Shown piece after piece: positions 39,619-48,937 of a stretch of DNA of 64,000 nucleotides. The notes under the pieces are model-generated. The model was not told the DNA's origin. It did not search any database and worked only from the letters and a program-made list of their open reading frames with translations. Numbering within the stretch: position 1 is the first letter of the stretch; each line of letters begins with the position of its first letter. The position numbers and the translations under genes are program-made. The stretch is taken from contig JAPHSX010000038.1 in the NCBI GenBank assembly GCA_026196575.1, positions 2,860-66,859 of the forward strand. The letters run 5' to 3'. The DNA is from Gammaproteobacteria bacterium (GTDB lineage Bacteria; Pseudomonadota; Gammaproteobacteria; Thiohalomonadales; Thiohalomonadaceae).

Positions 39619-41391
39619 ATGATGACCGATACGCAACAGGACGAACTTCAGGGTTGGAGAGAGAAATATTACGACACCCTCGGTGATCTGGAGGCGCGGG
39701 AAAAGCGCTGGGCGAGGATCGAACAGCTTCTGCGCCAGGGTTTGAATCGCCTCAGTCTGGCTGCCGATGACTCGGATGACGGACTGAACCGGCAGCTGGA
39801 GGCGTTGCGTGCCGAGATCCGCAAAGGGCGCCCCAGCGAGGAGCTACAGGAGAGGCTGGATGTGATCTCGGAGGCGATTCTGCGCCTGGATGAGGCACGC
39901 AAAAATTTGCGGCAACTCCCCACCCCGGCAGAGTTAATGATGGAGATCCTCGATCGCATCCAGTTGCCCCGCGGCATGGAGCAGCACGGCAGGGCGCTGC
40001 GCCGTCGTCTGGCTGCGGCCTCGCGTGAGGAGTGTGGCGCCCTGAGCGAGGAGTTTGCCGCGCTCATCACCGAGACACTGGGGGGCGTTGTTGGCGCGCA
40101 GGAGGGGCGCAAGGGGTTGCTGGGCAAGGTGTTCAGGGGGCGGGAGGCGGTGGCGGGCGCGCAGGGGCTGCAGGTCGCCAAGGAGCTGTTGACCGAATTG
40201 ATCCATTTGCTGGTGCGCGAGGAGGGGCGTCGCGACACCCTCACCGGGCAGGTGCAGGCCAGCGCGGAGGCCGGGCAGCTGCATCGCCTGGCACATGAGC
40301 TGGCGGAGCGGTTGCGCACTGCCGGTGAGGCGCCCTGCGGTGAGGAGCCGATGCTGCCGGTCAACGAGGTGCTGGTCCGTCTGCTGGAGCGCCTCGACAT
40401 TCCCGCCGAGCTGGAGCAGCAGGTGGCGGCGGTCAAGGTGATGCTGGTGCGGCAGCTGCATGCCGATGAGATGGATAATGTGCTGATGGCCATTGCCGAG
40501 CTTATCGCCGGAATGCGCAGCCGCATGCAGAGTGAGAAGGCGGAGATTGAGAGCTTTCTGATCCAGCTTACCACCCGCCTGCAGGAGATCGACCACAGCT
40601 TTCAGGGCAACGTGGCGACACAGCGCGAATCGTTTCGTGACGGCGAGGCGCTCGATGATGCGGTCAAGCAGCAAGTGGCGGGGATTGAGGAGTCGGTACA
40701 GCAGGCACGGGAGTTGACCGACCTGAAGGCGACGTTGCAGCAACGTGTCGATACCATCCGCAATCACATGCTGGCGTTTCGCCAGGCCGAGGAGCAGCGC
40801 CGGCAGCAGGCCGAACAGCAGGTGGCGGTATTGACCAAGAAACTGGAGTTGGTGCAGGGCGAGTCGCACCAGCTGCGCCAGCGACTGCATGATGAGCGTA
40901 ATCAGGCGATGGTCGACCCGCTGACCGGCATCCCCAATCGCCTCGCCTATAACGAACGGCTGGAGCAGGAGTTTGTGCGCTGGCGCCGTTACGGCACACC
41001 GCTGACGGTAGCGGTGTGGGATGTGGACAACTTCAAGTCGGTGAACGACACCTACGGCCACCAGGCCGGGGACAAGGTGCTGACCATTATCGCCAGGTTG
41101 TTGCACGAGCAGAGCCGTGAGACCGACTTTGTGGCCCGCTTCGGTGGAGAGGAGTTTGTGCTGCTGCTACCGAGCACCGCGCTGGAGAACTCCGTCACCG
41201 CAACCGAATATCTGCGCAGGGCCGTGGCGGCGACCGAGTTCCATTTTCGTGGCAAGCGGGTGCCGATCACCATCTCCTGCGGGGCGAGCGAGTTTCTGCC
41301 GGGTGATAGCCCGGAGGCGGTGTTTGAGCGTGCCGACAAGGCGCTGTACGAGGCGAAGCGCAACGGGCGCAATCGCTGCCACAAGGGGTAG
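39619..41391 (+). CDS. Diguanylate cyclase with long N-terminal coiled-coil region
   Basis: About 400 aa of heptad-rich helical sequence, then GGDEF (RFGGEEFVLLL). The dsbA-EEP-GGDEF order resembles the Pseudomonas dsbA/dgcH neighbourhood (recollection). Confidence 0.88.
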   Translation: MMTDTQQDELQGWREKYYDTLGDLEAREKRWARIEQLLRQGLNRLSLAADDSDDGLNRQLEALRAEIRKGRPSEELQERLDVISEAILRLDEARKNLRQLPTPAELMMEILDRIQLPRGMEQHGRALRRRLAAASREECGALSEEFAALITETLGGVVGAQEGRKGLLGKVFRGREAVAGAQGLQVAKELLTELIHLLVREEGRRDTLTGQVQASAEAGQLHRLAHELAERLRTAGEAPCGEEPMLPVNEVLVRLLERLDIPAELEQQVAAVKVMLVRQLHADEMDNVLMAIAELIAGMRSRMQSEKAEIESFLIQLTTRLQEIDHSFQGNVATQRESFRDGEALDDAVKQQVAGIEESVQQARELTDLKATLQQRVDTIRNHMLAFRQAEEQRRQQAEQQVAVLTKKLELVQGESHQLRQRLHDERNQAMVDPLTGIPNRLAYNERLEQEFVRWRRYGTPLTVAVWDVDNFKSVNDTYGHQAGDKVLTIIARLLHEQSRETDFVARFGGEEFVLLLPSTALENSVTATEYLRRAVAATEFHFRGKRVPITISCGASEFLPGDSPEAVFERADKALYEAKRNGRNRCHKG

Positions 41392-41394
41392 CCA

Positions 41395-42678
41395 ATGAGT
41401 GTTCGTGCGACAGAGGCTTTGCATATTGCCGTGGTGGGGCTGGGTTATGTCGGTCTGCCGCTGGCGGTGGCCTTCGGCCGCCAACGCCCGGTCATCGGTT
41501 TTGATATCAACCGTGAACGGATAGCGGCGCTTCGGCAGGGGCGGGACGCCACGCTGGAGCTCACGGCCGAGGAGCTGGCGGCGGCGACACAGCTGCGTTT
41601 TAGCGACGAGCTGAGCGCCATCGCCGACTGCAACCTCTACATCATCGCTGTGCCCACCCCGATAGATAGCCACAAGCGTCCTGATCTCTCTCCGTTGCGC
41701 GCCGCCAGTCAGCTGGTGGCCGGGGTGTTGCGCGCGGGGGATATCGTGGTCTATGAGTCGACGGTCTACCCCGGTGCCACCGAGGAGATCTGCGTGCCGC
41801 TGCTCGCCGAACACTCCGGGCTGGTGTTCAACCGCGACTTTTTTGTCGGCTACAGCCCGGAACGCATCAATCCCGGTGACAAGCAGCATCGCCTGAACAC
41901 CATCGTCAAGGTCACCTCCGGCTCCACCCCCGAGGTGGCACAGCGGGTCGATGCGCTCTACGCCGGGATCATCGATGCCGGCACCCATCTGGCCCCCAGC
42001 ATCAAGGTGGCCGAGGCGGCCAAGGTGATCGAGAACACCCAGCGTGATGTGAATATCGCGCTGATGAACGAGCTGGCGCAGATCTTCGCGCGCCTCGGCA
42101 TCGACACCCAGGCGGTGCTGGCGGCGGCGGGCAGCAAGTGGAATTTCCTCAAATTCACCCCTGGCCTGGTGGGTGGCCACTGCATCGGCGTCGACCCCTA
42201 CTATCTGACGCACAAGGCGCAGGAGGTGGGCTACCAGCCGAGCCTCATCCCGGCCAGTCGCCTCATCAACGAGGGGATGGGGACCTACGTTGCCTCACGC
42301 CTGATCAAGCTGATGGCGGCGCGCGGTCACCCCATTGTTGGCGCCAGGGTGCTGGTGCTGGGGTTGAGTTTCAAGGAGAACTGCCCGGATCTGCGCAATA
42401 CCCGCGTGGTCGATATTGTCGCCGAGCTGCGGCAATATCATGCCACGGTGGAGCTCTACGACCCGTGGGTGGATGCGGCGGAGGCAGAGCGCGAGTACGG
42501 CATCGCACTACAGAGCGAACTACGCGAGGGTGCCTATGAGGCAGTGCTGATCGCCGTGGCGCATCAGCAGTTTCTGGAGATGGGCAGCGCCGCGCTACGG
42601 CGCCTCGGCAAGCCGGGGGCGGTGCTGTTTGATGTGAAGTATCTCTTCCCGGCGGAGGAAAGTGACGGGCGCCTGTGA
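41395..42678 (+). CDS. Nucleotide-sugar dehydrogenase (UDP-N-acetylhexosamine dehydrogenase, TviB/WbpO-like)
   Basis: N-terminal Rossmann IAVVGLGYVGLPLA, catalytic Cys block GLVGGHCIGVDPYY, and a C-terminal UDP-binding domain. Confidence 0.88.
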   Translation: MSVRATEALHIAVVGLGYVGLPLAVAFGRQRPVIGFDINRERIAALRQGRDATLELTAEELAAATQLRFSDELSAIADCNLYIIAVPTPIDSHKRPDLSPLRAASQLVAGVLRAGDIVVYESTVYPGATEEICVPLLAEHSGLVFNRDFFVGYSPERINPGDKQHRLNTIVKVTSGSTPEVAQRVDALYAGIIDAGTHLAPSIKVAEAAKVIENTQRDVNIALMNELAQIFARLGIDTQAVLAAAGSKWNFLKFTPGLVGGHCIGVDPYYLTHKAQEVGYQPSLIPASRLINEGMGTYVASRLIKLMAARGHPIVGARVLVLGLSFKENCPDLRNTRVVDIVAELRQYHATVELYDPWVDAAEAEREYGIALQSELREGAYEAVLIAVAHQQFLEMGSAALRRLGKPGAVLFDVKYLFPAEESDGRL

Positions 42679-42679
42679 G

Positions 42680-43342
42680 CTAGCGCTTCGACAGGGCAGG
42701 GTCGTTATTGACGGCCCATACCGCGACCTCGACCCGCGAGCGCAGGTTGAGTTTCTTCAGCAGGTGTTTGACGTGAACCTTGACCGTGCCCTCGGTGATG
42801 TCGAGTTTGCGGGCGATCATCTTGTTGCTCAGCCCCTGGGCGATGAGTTTGAGGATCTGATCCTCGCGGGCGGTAAGTCCTGCCTGGTTGAGGTCGCTGG
42901 GGTGGCTCGCCTCGTGGCGCAGGGCGTGGGCCAGCAGCGCAGTGAGGCGCTCGCTGATCACCATCTTGCCGGCGGCGGCCTGACGCAGGTAGTCGAGGGT
43001 GTCCTCCGGCTCCATATCCTTGAGCAGATAACCGTCGGCGCCGGCGCGCAGTGCAGCGACCACATCCTCTTCATGGTCGGAGACGGTGAGCATGATGACG
43101 CGGGCATCGAGGTCGGCCTCGCGGATCGCCTTGAGGGTGGCGATGCCGTCCATCCCCTTCATGTTTAAATCCAGCAGGATGAGGTCGGGGTTCAGCTCGC
43201 GCGCCAGCGCCAGCCCCTCCTCCCCGCTGGCCGCCTCGCCGACCATAGACAGATTGGCCTCCATACCGATGAGATCGGATACCCCCTTGCGAAACAACGG
43301 GTGGTCGTCAATGGCGATTATGGTGGTTACTTCACTGCTCAT
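42680..43342 (-). CDS. narL: Nitrate/nitrite response regulator NarL
   Basis: REC domain ([12 protein letters not shown]) plus LuxR-type HTH ([43 protein letters not shown]). Overlaps narX by 11 nt. Confidence 0.9.
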   Translation of the reverse strand: MSSEVTTIIAIDDHPLFRKGVSDLIGMEANLSMVGEAASGEEGLALARELNPDLILLDLNMKGMDGIATLKAIREADLDARVIMLTVSDHEEDVVAALRAGADGYLLKDMEPEDTLDYLRQAAAGKMVISERLTALLAHALRHEASHPSDLNQAGLTAREDQILKLIAQGLSNKMIARKLDITEGTVKVHVKHLLKKLNLRSRVEVAVWAVNNDPALSKR

Positions 43343-45284
43343 CAGCCCTCCCGGGAGTGGTCTTTAGTAATGCGTCTTTACACCGCCACTTGCCGGCCGC
43401 GCTAAAGGAGAGTTCGACGCGCGTCCCCCCCATTTCGGAGGGGAGGATGCAGAGGGCGCCGCACAGACCGAGGGCGCGCTCCTTCATAATGGTCAGGCCG
43501 TAATGGTGCGGCCGCTCGTTGCCTTGCGGCAGGCCGATGCCGTCATCGTCGATGGCGATAATAACATCGCCATCAATCGTGTACTCGGCGGAGACCACGG
43601 CGTGGTGGGCCTGGGAGTGGCGCAGTACGTTGGAGAGCGCCTCGCGCACGATCTGTATCACATGAATCTCGGCATTGGGGGTGAGTTTACAGTTACCGAG
43701 CCTGTTTTGCAGCGTGATTTCGGTCTGGCTGCGCTCACTAAACTCCTGCACCGTCTTTTGCAGCGCGCTGTTGAGCCCCGCCTCGTCGATGCGCAGGCGA
43801 AAGGTGGTGAGCAGTTCACGCAGCTGGCGATAGGCGCTGTTCAGCCCCTCGCGCAACTCACCGGTAATGATGGCGATCTTGTTGCGTTCACACGGCTCCA
43901 GCAGTGCCGCATCCAGACGGCTCACCTGGATCTTCAGGTAGGAGAGTGACTGGGCCAGCGAGTCGTGCAGCTCGCGCGCGATCACCCCGCGCTCCTCCAG
44001 CAGTGCCAGCATGCGATCCTGCGAGTGGTGGCGGGCGATATTCAGGGCGATGGCGATGTGGCTGGCGACGGTCTCCAGCAGCCGTTGCTGCCACGGTTCC
44101 AGCAGGCGATTCTGGGGCAGTTCCACCAACAGCACGCCGTATTGCTTGCCGTTGTCTTTGATCGGGGTGGAGAAGACCTCCAGGAGATGTTCGCTATCCT
44201 GTGCCACCGTGACGATGTGGGGGTTGCCGTTGCCGAAGCAGGCCTGACAGTCGGGCGGATTGCAGATATCGGGCTTGTCAAAAACATCGGGGCGGATGGA
44301 GGCGAGTTTGAACGCCTGGGTGGTGCCGCTCTCACCCAGGCAGATGGTACCGGGGCCGGTGCCGACCAGTGTCCTGATATCCTCGAGCAACTCCTCATAG
44401 GCCGTGCCGTGCAGCGGTACCTCGCTGAGCCGGCGGGTGGTTTTGTAGAGCAGCTCCAGTGACTGGTTGCGGTGTTCCAGATCGACCGTCTTCTCGCGCA
44501 CCCGATTCTCCAGGTCACTGTAAATTTTGGAGAGATCCTCGGCCATCAGGTTAAAGGTGTAGGCGAGCTGCCCCAGCTCATCCTCGCTCTGCAGTCGCGT
44601 GCGGCGCGAGAAGTCGCCACGGCGTACCGCGCTGGCGCAGCCCAGCAGGTCGCGCAGCGGGGCGAGCACGTTGGTATGCATCATGTACATGGTGATACTC
44701 ACCACCAGGATGGTGAGAAAGAGCGAGGCGATCTGAATCAGACGCAGTTGCTGGATATTATCCTCCGCCTCCAGCTCCAGCACCTTGACCATCTCATCGA
44801 TGGTGGCGACAAAGGGGCCGACCGCTTGCAGATAGTTGGTGCGCAGCCCCGCCACGGCTTGCAGGTTCTCTTGCGTTTGCGGGGATTTTCCGGCGAGCGA
44901 GATATAGGTATCCAGCAGGGGGCGGATCTGCTGTTGCCACTGCTGGTTAACCTTGTCGTAGGTAAGTAGCAGCTGCTGATCCGCCGCCTTCGACAACACT
45001 CCGGTAAGGCGGCGGCTATGCAGCCGCTGTTCAAACTCGTCGATCAATTGCGCGGCGCGCTGCAGCGCTACCGCACTCTGCCCGGGTGGGGTGTGCGCCA
45101 GCGCGCTGGCGATGCGGTAGGATTGCATGCGCAGGGTACCCGCCTGGTTGATGGCGGCGGCCTGCCCCTCGGAGGTCTCGGCAATAAAGACCGAGCTGAG
45201 CATGCCGAGAAAGGCGAGGGCGGTGATGGTTGCCATCGCCAGCCCGAGACGCATTAACAGTGATTTTTCAAACAGTCTGACCAT
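43332..45284 (-). CDS. narX: Nitrate/nitrite sensor histidine kinase NarX
   Basis: Periplasmic P-box [16 protein letters not shown] between two TM segments. HAMP, a Cys-containing central module, H-box [11 protein letters not shown], and an HATPase_c domain. Confidence 0.9.
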   Translation of the reverse strand: MVRLFEKSLLMRLGLAMATITALAFLGMLSSVFIAETSEGQAAAINQAGTLRMQSYRIASALAHTPPGQSAVALQRAAQLIDEFEQRLHSRRLTGVLSKAADQQLLLTYDKVNQQWQQQIRPLLDTYISLAGKSPQTQENLQAVAGLRTNYLQAVGPFVATIDEMVKVLELEAEDNIQQLRLIQIASLFLTILVVSITMYMMHTNVLAPLRDLLGCASAVRRGDFSRRTRLQSEDELGQLAYTFNLMAEDLSKIYSDLENRVREKTVDLEHRNQSLELLYKTTRRLSEVPLHGTAYEELLEDIRTLVGTGPGTICLGESGTTQAFKLASIRPDVFDKPDICNPPDCQACFGNGNPHIVTVAQDSEHLLEVFSTPIKDNGKQYGVLLVELPQNRLLEPWQQRLLETVASHIAIALNIARHHSQDRMLALLEERGVIARELHDSLAQSLSYLKIQVSRLDAALLEPCERNKIAIITGELREGLNSAYRQLRELLTTFRLRIDEAGLNSALQKTVQEFSERSQTEITLQNRLGNCKLTPNAEIHVIQIVREALSNVLRHSQAHHAVVSAEYTIDGDVIIAIDDDGIGLPQGNERPHHYGLTIMKERALGLCGALCILPSEMGGTRVELSFSAAGKWRCKDALLKTTPGRADEQ

Positions 45285-45295
45285 AGGGTGCGATT

Positions 45296-45537
45296 CTAGC
45301 CCGAATGTTTCACAAATTACGAATGCCCTCGCTTGTCTCTTGATGGCACAGCGAATTTTCCTCAGTCGGGTGTATGAATAACTACACCGCTCCTTGTCAG
45401 GCGCGTCCCTGCGCCTGCCCCCTGCGGGGCCAGCCTTCGGCTGTCACGATTCGCTCCCGGCGAATCGTTCCAAAAATCCACTGGGCAATCAATATACGGC
45501 GCGAGCATCATGCGTATTCGTGAAACATCCAGGCTAG
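45296..45537. repeat. About 240-bp element bounded by 18-bp imperfect inverted repeats, with three internal GC hairpins (MITE/REP-like)
   Basis: Left CTAGCCCGAATGTTTCAC (45296-) against the reverse complement of the right end CTAGCCTGGATGTTTCAC (-45537): 16/18 identical. Interior has CAGGCGC-gtccct-GCGCCTG, CAGCC-ttcg-GCTG and GATTCGC-tcccg-GCGAATC hairpins. Begins 12 nt from the narX start codon. Confidence 0.55.
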
Positions 45538-45585
45538 CCCGTGCTCCCGGCGATTACGACTGCATGGCAGGCGCCTTTGTTGTAG

Positions 45586-45701
45586 TACCACCAAATTACC
45601 CAAGCCCCCGGAATATCCCGGCGTAATGGTGGTAATACCACCGTTTTTCCCTTGAATAACAGAGCGTTAGGGTTGTGTACTACGCTACTCCCTTGGTGGT
45701 A
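45586..45701. promoter_or_regulatory. Cluster of TACCACC/GGTGGTA heptamers (NarL-type site candidates) upstream of narK1
   Basis: TACCACC 45586-45592 and TACCCAA 45597-45603 (direct, 4-nt gap). GGTGGTA-A-TACCACC perfect palindrome at 45628-45642. GGTGGTA at 45695-45701. Resemble, imperfectly, the NarL heptamer TACYYMT. Confidence 0.4.
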
Positions 45702-45851
45702 TCCCAAGCGAAAGGGTAAAGATCTTGCGCTCTTGTGGTGGGCGACAGGTGGTGCCTAGACTGCGTGCAAGCCGATGGTAGGGTGTATCGGCCAGCCCCA
45801 AGGCGGTCGTGCCATTGGGTGATCCACAAAAAGAAGACGGAGGTATTGGCT

Positions 45852-47117
45852 ATGCCAAGTTATCGTCATCAACAACTTTCGGTGTTGACCATGAACACGG
45901 TGGGCTTTACCGCCTGCTTCGCCGTGTGGGTCATGTTTTCCGTTATCGGTATTCCGATCAAGACCGGGTTGAATCTCTCTGATACCCAGTTCGGTCTGCT
46001 TGCCGCCACCCCTATCCTCACCGGCTCCATTTTGCGTCTGCCGTTGGGGATGATGACCGACCGGTTCGGCGGTCGACCGGTCTACTTCTGGCTGATGACC
46101 TCGATCATCATCCCGCTGTTTCTCATCTCCAAGGCGACCGAGTACTGGCAGTTCCTGGTACTTGGCCTGTTTGTTGGCGTGGCCGGTGCCTCCTTCTCGG
46201 TCGGTATCGCCTACACCGCCCGCTGGTTCAGTAAGGAGACCGCCGGTTTTGCCATGGGGATCTTCGGTGCCGGTAATGCCGGCGCGGCGCTCACCAAGTT
46301 TGTCGCCCCCTCCATTGTGGTGGCCTGGGGCTGGGAGATGGTGCCGGTGATCTACGCCATCGCCATGACCGTGGTGGTGATCCTCTTCTGGTTCTTCACC
46401 TACTCCGACGAGAGCCACAAGGTGGAGTCCTCGATCACGGTGCGGGATCAGCTGGCGATGCTCAAGGATCCGGTGGTGTGGAAGTACTGTCAGTACTACT
46501 CACTGGTGTTTGGCGGCTTTGTTGCCCTCTCGCTGTGGATGACCAAGTACTACATGAACACCTATGGCCACGGCATTCAGGAGGCGGCGTTGCTGGCGGC
46601 GATCTTCGTGCTGCCCTCGGGCGTGATTCGTGCCCTGGGCGGCTGGCTCTCGGACAAGTTCGGCGCCCACCAGGTCACCTACTGGGTGATGTGGTCATCG
46701 CTCATCTGCCTGTTCTTCATGTCCTACCCGCACACCGAGCTCATCATCACCACCTATCAGGGGAGTCAAATTCACCTGAATGTGGGGATTAACGAGTATG
46801 TCTTTACCGCGCTGCTGTTTGTGGTCGGTATCGCCTGGGGCTTCGGCAAGGCGTCGGTCTTCAAGTACCTCTCCGATGAGTTCCCGGATCGCATCGGCGT
46901 GATGTCCGGGGTAGTGGGTCTGGCAGGCGGTATGGGCGGCTTCCTGTTGCCGATTATGTTCGGCTTTATCCTTGACAAGACTGGCATCGCCACCACCGCC
47001 TTTATGCTGCTGTTTGGCATCACCCTGGTGTCGATGATGTGGATGCAGCTCTCCGGTGAGCGTGACCGCGATCGGGCGAAGAAGCGGCAGTTTTCCGCGC
47101 TGGATACGCTGGAATAA
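45852..47117 (+). CDS. narK1: MFS nitrate/nitrite transporter NarK1
   Basis: GGAGG before the in-frame ATG at 45852. 12-TM MFS with NNP-family Gly-rich motifs (GIFGAGNAGAA). First gene of narK1K2GHJI. Confidence 0.9.
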   Translation: MPSYRHQQLSVLTMNTVGFTACFAVWVMFSVIGIPIKTGLNLSDTQFGLLAATPILTGSILRLPLGMMTDRFGGRPVYFWLMTSIIIPLFLISKATEYWQFLVLGLFVGVAGASFSVGIAYTARWFSKETAGFAMGIFGAGNAGAALTKFVAPSIVVAWGWEMVPVIYAIAMTVVVILFWFFTYSDESHKVESSITVRDQLAMLKDPVVWKYCQYYSLVFGGFVALSLWMTKYYMNTYGHGIQEAALLAAIFVLPSGVIRALGGWLSDKFGAHQVTYWVMWSSLICLFFMSYPHTELIITTYQGSQIHLNVGINEYVFTALLFVVGIAWGFGKASVFKYLSDEFPDRIGVMSGVVGLAGGMGGFLLPIMFGFILDKTGIATTAFMLLFGITLVSMMWMQLSGERDRDRAKKRQFSALDTLE

Positions 47118-47129
47118 TCAACCCGCAAC

Positions 47130-47156
47130 ACCCGCCGCAGCGGCGGGTATTTTTTA
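47130..47156 (+). terminator. Terminator-like hairpin between narK1 and narK2 (possible internal attenuator)
   Basis: ACCCGCCG-cag-CGGCGGGT followed by ATTTTTTAATT, 13 nt after the narK1 stop and 40 nt before the narK2 ATG. Confidence 0.5.
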
Positions 47157-47195
47157 ATTAATGAACACCAGGCAATAAATAACGAGGATGCACCT

Positions 47196-48800
47196 ATGTC
47201 TGATTTAAAAGAGTGGAATGTAGAGGATGAGGGATTCTGGGAGTCGAAGGGCAAGAAGGTTGCCTTTCGTAACCTCTGGATCTCCATCCCCAGCCTGCTG
47301 TGCGGCTTTGCCGTCTGGCTCTATTGGGGGATTATCACGGTACAGATGCTGAATCTGGGTTTTGAGTTCAAGCAGTCAGAGCTCTTTACCCTGGCGGCTA
47401 TCGCCGGTCTTACCGGCGCCACCTTGCGCATCCCCAGCAGTTTCTTTGTGCGCATCGCCGGTGGCCGTAACACCATCTTCTTTACCACCGCCTTGCTGAT
47501 GATTCCGGCCATTGGTGCCGGCATCGCGTTGCAGGATCGCAACACCCCGCTGTGGGTGTTCCAGGCGCTGGCCTTCCTCTCCGGCTTTGGTGGCGGTAAC
47601 TTCGCCTCCTCCATGTCCAACATCAGCTTCTTCTTCCCCAAGCGGATGCAGGGGCTGGCGCTGGGTCTCAACGCCGGTCTGGGTAACGCCGGTGTGACCA
47701 CCATGCAGATCCTGGTACCGCTGGTAATGACCGTCGGCATCTTCGGCGGTGAGGCGATGATCCTGCAGAACACCTCCGGCACCCTTATCGGCAAGATCCC
47801 AGCCGGTACCGAGACCTTCATTCATAACGCCGGTTTCGTCTGGTTGTTGATCCTGGTGCCGCTCGCCTTTGCCGGCTGGTTTGGCATGAATAACATCCGC
47901 ACCGAGGAGGTCTCACCGCACATCGGCTCTCCCCTCGGCGCCATGGGCAAGATCAGCGGTATGCTGCTCATCGGTTTTCTCACCGCTGCCGCCGGTCTCT
48001 ATATCATCCTGCCGGCGCCGACCGGGCTGGGTGCGCCGGGCTGGGCCAAGTGGCCGGTGATCGCCGGTATCCTCTTTGCCACCGTGATGCTGATGAAGTT
48101 GATCCCCGGTGACATCAAGCCGAATCTGCAGCGCCAGTTCAAGATCTTCTCCAACAAGCACACCTGGATCATGAGTGTGATCTACACCATGACCTTCGGC
48201 AGCTTCATCGGCTACTCCGCCGGCTTTGCCCTGGCCATCAAGGTGGTCTTCGGCTTCCAGCATGTGGAGGTTGACGGTCTGATGACCCATAACCTGGCCA
48301 ACCCCAACGGCCCCTCGGCCCTGATGTACGCCTGGATGGGTCCCTTCATCGGTGCGCTGATTCGCCCGCTGGGCGGCTGGATCTCCGACAAACTGGGTGG
48401 CGCACGGGTAACGCAGTATGTTTCCATCCTGATGATCGGCAGCGCCTTCGGTGTTGCGTACTTCCTCAAGGCGGCCTATCAGTCACCCACACCGGAAGAG
48501 TTCTTCATGCCCTTCTTCCTGCTCTTCCTGCTGCTGTTCGCGGCCACCGGTATCGGCAACGGCTCCACCTTCCGCACCATCGCCATGATCTTCCCCAAGG
48601 AGCAGGCTGGCCCGGCCCTGGGCTGGACCTCGGCGGTAGCGGCCTACGGTGCCTTCCTGATTCCCAAGATCTTTGGTGAGCAGATCAAGGCCACCACCCC
48701 GGAAAATGCCCTGTATGGCTTTGCCGTGTTCTACGCGGTCTGCCTGGTACTCAACTGGTGGTACTACCTCGGGCCAAAGGCAGAGTTCAAGAATCCCTGA
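47196..48800 (+). CDS. narK2: MFS nitrate/nitrite antiporter NarK2
   Basis: 534 aa MFS. NNP signature FLSGFGGGNFASSMSNISFFFP. Confidence 0.9.
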   Translation: MSDLKEWNVEDEGFWESKGKKVAFRNLWISIPSLLCGFAVWLYWGIITVQMLNLGFEFKQSELFTLAAIAGLTGATLRIPSSFFVRIAGGRNTIFFTTALLMIPAIGAGIALQDRNTPLWVFQALAFLSGFGGGNFASSMSNISFFFPKRMQGLALGLNAGLGNAGVTTMQILVPLVMTVGIFGGEAMILQNTSGTLIGKIPAGTETFIHNAGFVWLLILVPLAFAGWFGMNNIRTEEVSPHIGSPLGAMGKISGMLLIGFLTAAAGLYIILPAPTGLGAPGWAKWPVIAGILFATVMLMKLIPGDIKPNLQRQFKIFSNKHTWIMSVIYTMTFGSFIGYSAGFALAIKVVFGFQHVEVDGLMTHNLANPNGPSALMYAWMGPFIGALIRPLGGWISDKLGGARVTQYVSILMIGSAFGVAYFLKAAYQSPTPEEFFMPFFLLFLLLFAATGIGNGSTFRTIAMIFPKEQAGPALGWTSAVAAYGAFLIPKIFGEQIKATTPENALYGFAVFYAVCLVLNWWYYLGPKAEFKNP

Positions 48801-48937
48801 TACGCTCGCTGTCAGCTGGTTAACTGGTTTGAGTGGGTCGCTGCGCATCGCAAGATGAACAGCGACTTCAGCCCCCCAAACAGGGTCCACTCTTTTTATT
48901 TCCTGTCCATGAGGACAGGTTGGTAGGAGAAAGCATA

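Noticed and set aside
45540-45851. FNR/ANR box upstream of narK1.
   Set aside because: The best candidates (for example TTGAATAACAGAGC) match only one half-site. This is not strong enough to call without a matrix scan.
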